IMG/VR virus record: IMGVR_UViG_3300037067_007020
Span: 37,226-101,225 of that record
DNA length: 64,000 nucleotides
DNA from: a virus
Taxonomy: Duplodnaviria; Caudoviricetes
Direction: 5' to 3' (one strand)
Shown here piece after piece: positions 39,197 to 47,739 of the stretch. How positions within the stretch are numbered: position 1 is the first letter of the stretch; each line of letters opens with the position of its first letter. The position numbers were made by a program, and so were the translations under genes. The notes below the pieces were generated by a model. It saw only the letters and a list, made by a program, of their open reading frames with translations, was not told where the DNA came from and did not search any database.

Positions 39197-39825
39197 TTTA
39201 GTGCCTCCACTATCAAAGATTCAGCATCAAAAACAAAACCCATGTTTTTATCTTCTTCTGGATTATAACCTGTATACAAATGTCTACATCTTCGTTCTAT
39301 GGCATATTCTGTATTTATGCTTTCTCCGGGTTTACATATAAATACTTTTGAAAATCCAACGCTTTTTAACGTTTCAGTCATAAGCTCGGTTTCCCAGATG
39401 AAACTGTGTCTAGGGGTGTTATAAAATATAGAATTTAGCATAAATGCACGAGCAAATTTTTCAATTCCTTCTAGATTTAATTCGTTTAGTTTTTTATCTT
39501 CGTCTTTATAAAACATATTCGTAACAAAAGAAACATATTTTTTCATGTTTTCGTCATTATAATCATTAGATATAAATTTGTCTAAACACGGAACAATAAT
39601 TCTAAAAATTCCATTTGATGTCAATATTCTTAACGATTCTTTGAAAAACTCAACCGCTTCTAAAAATTCAAGATTTTCTACAACGTGTTCGGTAAATATA
39701 CATTCTATCGAATTGTCTTCAAAATTTAATTTTTGTTTTATGTCTTGGTCTTTTTCGTCAAAAATTTTCCATCCTTGTTTCAGGATTTCTTTATTCCAAT
39801 GTCCTCCTAAAACTATTTTTGTCAT
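39193..39825 (-). CDS. SAM-dependent methyltransferase (glycan-cluster type)
   Basis: LNFEDNSIECIFTEHVVE..RILTSNGIFRIIVP. Confidence 0.75.
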   Translation of the reverse strand: MTKIVLGGHWNKEILKQGWKIFDEKDQDIKQKLNFEDNSIECIFTEHVVENLEFLEAVEFFKESLRILTSNGIFRIIVPCLDKFISNDYNDENMKKYVSFVTNMFYKDEDKKLNELNLEGIEKFARAFMLNSIFYNTPRHSFIWETELMTETLKSVGFSKVFICKPGESINTEYAIERRCRHLYTGYNPEEDKNMGFVFDAESLIVEALK

Positions 39826-40547
39826 TATTTTTTGCTCTTTTCTGTATTTTGATTCAAAATTCTTTTTCTTGCCGCTTCAATTATCTTTTTATCTCGAAGA
39901 TATTTCTCTTTGCTTACAATTTCTTTTTGATAATCAATTTCGTTGTATTGGTCATAAAGATCATATTTTTTTAACAACGTTAATTTATCTTGAATAAGAT
40001 GAAAAATAATTAACTGGTTCTTGACAAGTGGGTTTCTAATTCCTTGTACTTGTGCATTTAATTCAATAGGACAAAAACTTCCTTGTTTTTTCCAAAATCT
40101 TGGAGCGATATTAAATTCGTTCTGTGGCTTTAAACCGGGAACCATAGTAACTCTTTGTATTCTAAGTTCGTCATGGTCAGACTGAAAAATAAATTCGTTC
40201 TTGATATATTGTAATGCCACATCTGACCAATATTCGTCTCCATCTAAAAGCAATATCCATCGATATTTTGCTTTGTCTATAAGATATTGTCTGTGACTTT
40301 CTCCAAGACCAGTTTTTTCTTTTATTTCGTAATAGACGTTTTTGCCTTCTTTTTTCAGTTTTTCTAACAGTTCTTTACAGATTATGTCAGTTTGATCTGT
40401 ACTAGATTGATTTACAATTAATATTTCGTCACATATTTTTGCTGCTTGCGAAAGACACATTTCATATGTTTCTTCTACGTTTCTTACAACAGAAACAAGA
40501 CTAATGCCATTTTCTAAGTTGTCTAGTTTATTTATTATGAATGTCAT
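39825..40547 (-). CDS. glycosyltransferase family 2
   Basis: SVVRNVE, QSSTDQT, WILLLDGDE; paralog of 40528-41217; start taken at MTFII. Confidence 0.85.
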   Translation of the reverse strand: MTFIINKLDNLENGISLVSVVRNVEETYEMCLSQAAKICDEILIVNQSSTDQTDIICKELLEKLKKEGKNVYYEIKEKTGLGESHRQYLIDKAKYRWILLLDGDEYWSDVALQYIKNEFIFQSDHDELRIQRVTMVPGLKPQNEFNIAPRFWKKQGSFCPIELNAQVQGIRNPLVKNQLIIFHLIQDKLTLLKKYDLYDQYNEIDYQKEIVSKEKYLRDKKIIEAARKRILNQNTEKSKK

Positions 40548-41217
40548 TATTATGTATTTCCTTTCCTGCTGCATTAAAAATATATTGAATCTGTTCCCTG
40601 TGAAATTGAGCAAGACCCAAAAATCCTTTGTACTGTGATTCGTTTATTTTTCCTTCTTTTAGAAGATTGTTACATACTATATCATAAGTGTTCATTTTTT
40701 CTAGAGTTTTTTTGACTGAACCCTGTTGATGTATAATAAACAAATCATTTCTTTCTAGGGGATTTTTAAATCCGATAGGTTGAGAATGAATTATTGGTTC
40801 ATATTTTATTCCTTCTTTTTTCCAAAACCTTGGAGACATGTTTATTTCATTCTGAACAAGCATATCTTCTACAAAAGTAAGTCTTCGCATTTTTAAACAA
40901 TCGTGTGTGGTGTCGTAAATAAAATGTAATTTGATATATTCTAACAATTCTTTGGTCCAAAATTCGTCACCGTCTAGCCATAAAACATATTTGTTTTTTG
41001 TTTTATTTATAACATATTCTCTATGATATTCACAATACCCTTTGTTTTCTGTTTTTTCGTAATGTGTAGCATATTGTTGCAATATTTGCGACGTATTATC
41101 ATTGCTTCCTTGATCAATTGCAACAAATTCGTCTGCTATAGGCAATACTTGCTTAATACATTTTTCTAATGTTTCTTGACAATTATAAAATACACCAACA
41201 ACACTAATCGATGTCAT
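40528..41217 (-). CDS. glycosyltransferase family 2
   Basis: DQGSNDNT, YVLWLDGDE, PRFWK, IH. Confidence 0.9.
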   Translation of the reverse strand: MTSISVVGVFYNCQETLEKCIKQVLPIADEFVAIDQGSNDNTSQILQQYATHYEKTENKGYCEYHREYVINKTKNKYVLWLDGDEFWTKELLEYIKLHFIYDTTHDCLKMRRLTFVEDMLVQNEINMSPRFWKKEGIKYEPIIHSQPIGFKNPLERNDLFIIHQQGSVKKTLEKMNTYDIVCNNLLKEGKINESQYKGFLGLAQFHREQIQYIFNAAGKEIHNNDIHNK

Positions 41218-41221
41218 AAAA

Positions 41222-41443
41222 TTATAAATTCCTCATCTTTTTTATAGAACTATCTGCTTCTTCTTTTGTTTTATAAACTTCTTCAACATTATAAACATTG
41301 TAGTCTACAACAATGTTTTTTTCGTTAATAATTCTAGTGACATATCCTAGTTCAGAAACAAGTTCGTAATAATTTTCTTCTTCATCAAAAGGAACATATT
41401 TTACTATATACACAGGTTCGTCTGTTACAAATTTTTTAATCAT
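41222..41443 (-). CDS. hypothetical protein
   Basis: 73-aa ORF with AAGGAG RBS. Confidence 0.6.
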   Translation of the reverse strand: MIKKFVTDEPVYIVKYVPFDEEENYYELVSELGYVTRIINEKNIVVDYNVYNVEEVYKTKEEADSSIKKMRNL

Positions 41444-41457
41444 TGGTTTTCTCCTTA

Positions 41458-42213
41458 TTATGGATAGGTTATATATCTATGATTATCTACTAAATCTCTC
41501 GGTACTCTTTTTTCTTTGTCATTTTCATGGTCTTTGAAACAGAATCTTCTTGGATTATTAATACCTATATCAAAACCACAATTTCTAGATTTCTCTGCAA
41601 ACTGTTCCCATCTAATACCTTTTTCTATTAACGATTTTTCGTCTTTAAGCAATGCCCAGTGTATTATTGTTACATTTTTAGAATATCTACAATATTGTGT
41701 TGTTGCTAATATTTTGTCTTGTATATAAGGAAGTTCGTGTATTTCGTTTTTATATCTCAATTCCTTTTTATTTCTAAAAAATCTTACTTGTGCATCTGGA
41801 TATGATTTATAAAGAAAATGTTCTGTGTCTGGATATAAATGTATTCTTGCCCATGCCCAACCAAGAACTTCTGGTTCGTCCATCATCCATTGCAAATTCC
41901 ATTTTATTGATTCGGAAAATGTTTCATCTGCATCTGCTACTAAAATCCAATCTCCTTCACAGTTATCTATTCCTATGTTTCTTTGATCTGAAAAGTTACC
42001 GTTGAGTTTTCTTTGTACAACTTTCCATTTTATTTCAGGATAATTTTTAGCTTCTTGTTCTATTATTTCAAGAGTTTTGTCTTCGCTATAATCATCAACA
42101 ATAACTATATCATTTGGCGACAAAGAAGTTATACAATCTAAAGTTCTTTTTATATTTTCTTGTTCGTTATATGTTAAAATTAAAATTGATAATTTGTGGT
42201 TTGTATATTCCAT
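41458..42213 (-). CDS. glycosyltransferase family 2 (WaaE/SunS/GmaR-like motif set)
   Basis: LTYNEQENI, VDDYSEDKT, FSDQRN, WILVADADE, RFFRN, IHE, IIH. Confidence 0.92.
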   Translation of the reverse strand: MEYTNHKLSILILTYNEQENIKRTLDCITSLSPNDIVIVDDYSEDKTLEIIEQEAKNYPEIKWKVVQRKLNGNFSDQRNIGIDNCEGDWILVADADETFSESIKWNLQWMMDEPEVLGWAWARIHLYPDTEHFLYKSYPDAQVRFFRNKKELRYKNEIHELPYIQDKILATTQYCRYSKNVTIIHWALLKDEKSLIEKGIRWEQFAEKSRNCGFDIGINNPRRFCFKDHENDKEKRVPRDLVDNHRYITYP

Positions 42214-42503
42214 TACACCAATACTCCATTTTTTGTTTTTAGTTCTTTTAACTTTTTATTTATTTTGTTTTTTAATTCTTCTGATTCAAGGAATCCCTGT
42301 TCCACAGGAATGTTTTTTAGTGTTTTGTTTTCTTCTTCAAGTATTTGTATATAGTCAATCAATAATTTTTCTTTGTTATAACCTTTCATATATTCAATTA
42401 CTTTTTCTCCCGGATTACATTCTAATATATAAAACTTAATTTTTTCCCGTTTTCCTGTAGAAATATTTTCTGCATAATGTCCATCATATTCATGTATTTC
42501 CAT
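42213..42503 (-). CDS. hypothetical protein
   Basis: 96-aa ORF with AAGGAG RBS. Confidence 0.6.
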   Translation of the reverse strand: MEIHEYDGHYAENISTGKREKIKFYILECNPGEKVIEYMKGYNKEKLLIDYIQILEEENKTLKNIPVEQGFLESEELKNKINKKLKELKTKNGVLV

Positions 42504-42520
42504 GATATTTGTTCTCCTTG

Positions 42521-42943
42521 TTAAGCATATTCCTTTATTTTTGCAATAAGACTTGATTCTTTATTAACAGCACGATCTATTTCTTCACCATTATTGTCTA
42601 ATATTATTAACGTAGGTATAGAAGCATATTTATATTTCTTTATAGTTTCTTCAGTAGAATCTTCGTAGTCAAACTTAATACAGTTTTTATACAAAAATTC
42701 TTTGACTGTCTGACATTTTTTACAATTATCTTCTCCTAATAACAAAATATTTATTTTCATATTTTCTCCACATTCTTTAACTTGGTCCCAAAGTAAACCT
42801 AAACATTCTTGATCTGTGTCACATAATTCTAAAAAACTACAATATCCTATATCTTGTTGATAATCTTTAAACCAATAAGGACATTTATAAGAACCATAAT
42901 AACAATATACGCCAAAAGGAATTAATTTTTTATCTTTTTTCAT
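42521..42943 (-). CDS. Cys-rich domain fused to a glutaredoxin/NrdH-like domain
   Basis: C-terminal CKKC...SIPTLII thioredoxin fold; N-terminal CYY..CPYW...GYC..LLWDQVKEC. Confidence 0.7.
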   Translation of the reverse strand: MKKDKKLIPFGVYCYYGSYKCPYWFKDYQQDIGYCSFLELCDTDQECLGLLWDQVKECGENMKINILLLGEDNCKKCQTVKEFLYKNCIKFDYEDSTEETIKKYKYASIPTLIILDNNGEEIDRAVNKESSLIAKIKEYA

Positions 42944-45900
42944 TTAATTCTTCTATCTGATATTTAGTAAATTTCTTTCTGTCGTTGTATTCTCTTCTTT
43001 TTCCTATGTTATAATTTTGTACAGGTCTATAATATCCTACTACTCTTGAAAATACTTGACATTCTGAGCCACATTTAGGACATTTGAAAAATTCGCTTCC
43101 AATAAATCCATGGTTAGGACAAATTGAATATGTTGGAGTTAATGAAATATAAGGAAGTTCGTAATTTGTACATATTTTTTTAACAAGCGACTTAACCATT
43201 TCGGAATTATCTATACTTTCTCCTAGATAAAGATGAAATACGCTATTATGAACTAATAAATAACCGTTGTTTCCTGCATAATAATTATTATTGTCTTCAA
43301 CTTCTATATCATAAAACAAATTTTCGGTTTGTATTTCTTGTATTTTTTTAACGAATACAACGTGTTTACGATTTATTTCTTTTTTATATTTTACTATAGA
43401 ACTTTTTGTTTGATTTTTGTTATGAAGAAAATTCATATTTTTTTGTATTTTGTACATTTCGTATGTAGGAATAGTAAACTTATATATAGTTTTTTCATTT
43501 AATCTTTTTGTATAACGAATATACTTTCGTATTGTTATTCCTGCCATTGAACACAAATCTATGAGTTCGTCTATCAATGTTTCTGAAACTGAATAGTAAT
43601 CAAAATCTCCGTCTCTTTTATTTATATGACCATCACTGTCTGCAAGTCCAGATAAAAGATAAAAAATGTTTTCTTTATTAATTTTTTCTTTGATTTTTGC
43701 AGGAATTTTTATATCATAACATTTTTTCCCAACACAAAATCCATTATTAATAAAAAAATCTGTTGCGTTCTTTTTGCTACAAGAAACAATATAACATCCT
43801 TTTTTCTTTGGTTGAACTGAAATATTGGTATCAAAATATTTATTAATGATGGTTCGAGTTTTATTTATTACTTGTTTATCGGACGTAAAAAATCTTATTG
43901 TGTGTTTAATTAAATTATTATGCCCTCTATTGTCTATATATTTACTAATACAACCGTCTCCTATAAAAAATCCTATTAACCACATCAATTCACTGTCATA
44001 ATCGTTTTCTTTGATGTCTCTAATGACATTTGTTGATGGCTGAATAATATGATCTTTTAATTTTAATTCGTCTGTTCTTTTTTCTTTTATAACAAATTCG
44101 TTGTTTTTTACATAATTTTCTTTACAATTTTTATTAAATCTTATGTGACTAGAAAACGCTTTTATATTTTTCACGGACTTTTGACATATAGGACAAACAT
44201 TATTGAATTTTTCTTTTTCAATAACAAAATATTTGTGTTTATCTGTTGTTTCTATATTAATATTTCCTTCTGTAGTAATTCTGTATTTTTTGTTTTTAGA
44301 AACATCATTAACAAAACCTTTTTTTACTTTTTTCCATTCCTCTTTTTTGTCTGTATTGTTAAAAGAAAGAACTTCAACAATTTCTCCTTTGTTTGTCTTA
44401 TTAACAATATCTTCTATGTTCATTCTTCCTTGTCTTGTTAATACTTTCGTTCCTTTTCTTAAACATCCTCCATCAAACATTTTCTGAATATCATTCTGAT
44501 GTTCTAGCGAAAAAAATATATCGTCCAATTTATATGAAGGTAATAATGTACTAGAAGTATAGTATATATTTTCATTGTCTCCAGAAACTATTATTTCTGG
44601 ATATTTCTTTTTGTCTATTTGTGCAAGTCGGGTACTTAATCCTTCTCCCGGAACTTGTTCGTGATTGTATAAATTTCCACTTCTTGTTTTAAATTCATTT
44701 ACTTTAAAATTAACAAAATCCATTATTTCTGTGGCAAAATCTTTTCCTTTTTCAGTTTCAATACCTTCTTTAATTAAATTAAGACATGCTTCGTGCATAC
44801 CATTAATTCCTATTGTAGAAAAATGATTGTTGAGATTTTCTAAATACCATTTAGAATAAGGATATAAATTATTTTGTAAATTGGAATTTAGTATTTTTCT
44901 TTTTATTTCTAATGAATCATATGCAACTTCTAATTTTTCGTCTAGTGTCTTCTTAAATTCTTTTTTGTTTTTGGAAAGATATGCTATTCTAGGAAGATTG
45001 ATTGTACAAACTCCTATGCTTCCTGTATTCAAAAATCCAGTTCCTCCCAATAGTCCAGAACTTCTTGCAAGTATTTCTTTTGTATTTATTTTAAGACGAC
45101 AACACAGACTTCTGGCATCTGAAGAATTAAGATTGCTATTTATATAATTGGCAAAATAAAAATATCCATATTTTCCTGTAGCCTTCCACATTGTTTCTAA
45201 ATATGCTTCGTCCCAATTAAAATCTTTGTCTATATTTATTGTAGGAATTGGAAAACTAAATGGCCTTCCATCTGCGTCACCTTCTAACATTACTTCAAAA
45301 AAAGCTTTGTTAATAAGTTTCATTTCTTCCAAACAGTCACCATATGTAAAATCTTGTTCCTTTCCTCCAAGTATGGCTTTTTTATTTTTTATTTCCAGAG
45401 GAACTGATAGGTCTAATGTTATATTAGAGAAAGGACTATTGTGAGCAATTATTCCATTCCATGTTACGAAATTTTGATTATTTTCTACAGAAATATCATA
45501 CACATGTTTTTCGTAATCTGTTTTTTTGATATAATGTACTTTAATCGGTTCAACATTTTCAAGAATTATTAAAATATTGTTTAGTTTCAATAAAAGAGTT
45601 TTTTTAATTTCTATCTCTTTCTTTATCATCGTTAAATGTTTATTAAATATTTCTGGGAGGTTTGTTGTTAAAAATGTGGTTGTGTTAAAAGAATTTTTTT
45701 TAAATCTAGGTATGTATAAAAAATCCAATAAGGAAACTAATTGTTGTTTATTGTTGAAATCTGTTGTTAGTATTTTGTTTAAAGATAACTTAACATGTTC
45801 TCTTAATTTATCAATGTCTTTATTTGATATTTTATGATATCCGATAAACGAATATTTTGAAATATGACTACTACAAAACAATTGACTTAATGTTTTGTTT

Positions 45901-47726
45901 AAAAAACTATAATCGTGTCTAAAATCTTTTATAGGATAGTTTAAATTTTGTATGTCTTTGAATTTTTTCGGATGTTTACATAACAACAAATTTCTTTTGT
46001 TCGATAATATATAAATGTTGTAATGTTTTCTGTTTGGTTTGAATGAATTTTTTCCTCTTATGATTTCTTTAACAGAAGTTTCTATTCCTACTTTAGTACA
46101 TAAATATACAATCCCTGTAACTAAATCTTTCGAAACGGTATCTATTATCGGACAATTGTGTTTTATATCTATATATCCATCTCCGTCTATTAGGCCGCTT
46201 AAAAATGCTAGTTGTACACTTTTTTTGCTTTTTAAAATAATTTCTGGAATTTTTTTAAAATGTGCATTATGTCCACACATTTCTCTGATAGTATAACTTA
46301 CATTTCTTCCAACTCCGAGAGAAATGTCCCCACATTCTTTTTCTTTTTGTTTTTCATGTGCCTTGTCTTTAATTTTAGTAAATGTTTCTGTTATTTCTTT
46401 TATACTATTAAAAAGATTTTTGTTATAAGAAGCAATACTTATAGAAGACCCTGATATGCTTCCATCGGCTACATATAAACCTAACAACCAACCAATTTTT
46501 TCGTCTACTTCTAGTTTCAATCCTTTGTTTTTCGTTCCTAGATTTGACGGAAAAGTTATATTTAATAATTTATCAGATTCGTTATTGTCAATATATTTTT
46601 TAGAAACTAAAATATGTTTTAGAGATTCTGAAGGTATATTTTCTACTATATCCAGATTTTCGTTTATAGAAAACAAAGAATGATTTTCTGTTACATTTAT
46701 TTCGTTTCCTCCAAATAATTTTATTTTATATATTTCATTTTCTGTATTATGTTTTATTGTTCCTGTTACTTTGTTTTTTGTTATTTCTCCTGTTTTTGTA
46801 TTCATTGATAATACTTTATATTCTTTATAGTTGTTATAATTTTCTACAAAATCTCCTATTTGTATGTTTTTCATAACGTCATTTTTATCAAACATTATAA
46901 TATTTTGATCATATGTCAAACTTTGACAGCTGAAGCGAGAAGGTATATTGACACTGAAAACAAAGTTTTGTATATTCTGTAGTATTTCGTCATAACATAA
47001 GTTATCTTTTTTAATAAAAGGAGCAAGCATTGTTGAAAAATTGTTTATTGCTATTGCACCAGCAAATTCATTGCTCATTACGCCAATAAAGTTAATTAAT
47101 TGATTAATTATTGATCTAAGATGTTTCGCTGGTTTAGAAGATAGATTGTTTCCAACTCCTTTAAATCCTTCTTTAAGAAGTTTTGAAATTTCAAAACCTC
47201 CACAGTAGATTGTTATTCTTGATAAATCTCCTATATGAATATCTCCATTTATATGTGCCTCAGATATTCTTTTTGGATATACAACATCCAACCAATATCT
47301 TGCGTTTATGGCTCCTGATTGATAAAATTCCAATCCTCCTACAGAATAATTGAAATTTGAATTTTCTTTTAGTCTCCAATCTTTCATATATAAATAATTG
47401 TCAGTAAGATTTTTTATATTTACATTTATGTTTTTTGCAGTAAGTTTATTGTATCTATGAATTATATATTTTTCTGCTATATTATTAAGATTGTTCTTGT
47501 ACAGAATGTCAGTTATACAAAGAGCAACAAGTTCGGCTGTTATTTCTCCGTTTTTTGACTTATCTTGTATATCTTCTAGTATTTCTTTTGTTATTTTATT
47601 ATATAATTCTTCGTCATAAGATTCGTCGTATTCGTAAAAAGAAGATTCAAGAGCTTTATATATTTTGCTCTTTTGAAATCTTTTCTTTGTTCCGTCTCTT
47701 TTTATTATTTTAGCAACTTTAGTCAT
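42930..47726 (-). CDS. nrdD: anaerobic (class III) ribonucleoside-triphosphate reductase with ATP cone and two inteins
   Basis: IIKRDG ATP cone, SLCCRL finger loop, TGSIGVCTINLPR, TPTYSICPNHG, glycyl-radical SRVVGYYRP; ~696-aa extein after intein removal. Confidence 0.95.
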   Translation of the reverse strand: MTKVAKIIKRDGTKKRFQKSKIYKALESSFYEYDESYDEELYNKITKEILEDIQDKSKNGEITAELVALCITDILYKNNLNNIAEKYIIHRYNKLTAKNINVNIKNLTDNYLYMKDWRLKENSNFNYSVGGLEFYQSGAINARYWLDVVYPKRISEAHINGDIHIGDLSRITIYCGGFEISKLLKEGFKGVGNNLSSKPAKHLRSIINQLINFIGVMSNEFAGAIAINNFSTMLAPFIKKDNLCYDEILQNIQNFVFSVNIPSRFSCQSLTYDQNIIMFDKNDVMKNIQIGDFVENYNNYKEYKVLSMNTKTGEITKNKVTGTIKHNTENEIYKIKLFGGNEINVTENHSLFSINENLDIVENIPSESLKHILVSKKYIDNNESDKLLNITFPSNLGTKNKGLKLEVDEKIGWLLGLYVADGSISGSSISIASYNKNLFNSIKEITETFTKIKDKAHEKQKEKECGDISLGVGRNVSYTIREMCGHNAHFKKIPEIILKSKKSVQLAFLSGLIDGDGYIDIKHNCPIIDTVSKDLVTGIVYLCTKVGIETSVKEIIRGKNSFKPNRKHYNIYILSNKRNLLLCKHPKKFKDIQNLNYPIKDFRHDYSFLNKTLSQLFCSSHISKYSFIGYHKISNKDIDKLREHVKLSLNKILTTDFNNKQQLVSLLDFLYIPRFKKNSFNTTTFLTTNLPEIFNKHLTMIKKEIEIKKTLLLKLNNILIILENVEPIKVHYIKKTDYEKHVYDISVENNQNFVTWNGIIAHNSPFSNITLDLSVPLEIKNKKAILGGKEQDFTYGDCLEEMKLINKAFFEVMLEGDADGRPFSFPIPTINIDKDFNWDEAYLETMWKATGKYGYFYFANYINSNLNSSDARSLCCRLKINTKEILARSSGLLGGTGFLNTGSIGVCTINLPRIAYLSKNKKEFKKTLDEKLEVAYDSLEIKRKILNSNLQNNLYPYSKWYLENLNNHFSTIGINGMHEACLNLIKEGIETEKGKDFATEIMDFVNFKVNEFKTRSGNLYNHEQVPGEGLSTRLAQIDKKKYPEIIVSGDNENIYYTSSTLLPSYKLDDIFFSLEHQNDIQKMFDGGCLRKGTKVLTRQGRMNIEDIVNKTNKGEIVEVLSFNNTDKKEEWKKVKKGFVNDVSKNKKYRITTEGNINIETTDKHKYFVIEKEKFNNVCPICQKSVKNIKAFSSHIRFNKNCKENYVKNNEFVIKEKRTDELKLKDHIIQPSTNVIRDIKENDYDSELMWLIGFFIGDGCISKYIDNRGHNNLIKHTIRFFTSDKQVINKTRTIINKYFDTNISVQPKKKGCYIVSCSKKNATDFFINNGFCVGKKCYDIKIPAKIKEKINKENIFYLLSGLADSDGHINKRDGDFDYYSVSETLIDELIDLCSMAGITIRKYIRYTKRLNEKTIYKFTIPTYEMYKIQKNMNFLHNKNQTKSSIVKYKKEINRKHVVFVKKIQEIQTENLFYDIEVEDNNNYYAGNNGYLLVHNSVFHLYLGESIDNSEMVKSLVKKICTNYELPYISLTPTYSICPNHGFIGSEFFKCPKCGSECQVFSRVVGYYRPVQNYNIGKRREYNDRKKFTKYQIEELNEKR
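43245..44465 (-). mobile_element. intein 2 (407 aa) with LAGLIDADG homing endonuclease and Zn-finger insert
   Basis: FDGG|CLRKGTKV...TTDKHKY...LIGFFIGDGC...LLSGLADSDG...FYDIEVE...LVHN|SVFH. Confidence 0.92.
45438..46922 (-). mobile_element. intein 1 (495 aa) with LAGLIDADG homing endonuclease
   Basis: FSCQ|SLTYDQ...VTENHSL...LLGLYVADGS...FLSGLIDGDG...VYDISVE...IIAHN|SPFSN. Confidence 0.9.
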
Positions 47727-47739
47727 TTTTATCTTTCTT

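Noticed and set aside
33101-42213. Glycan genes as a captured host O-antigen/EPS locus or prophage flank
   Set aside because: No flippase, polymerase or initiating transferase; the genes are interleaved with an endolysin, NrdD and phage hypotheticals and run straight into terminase
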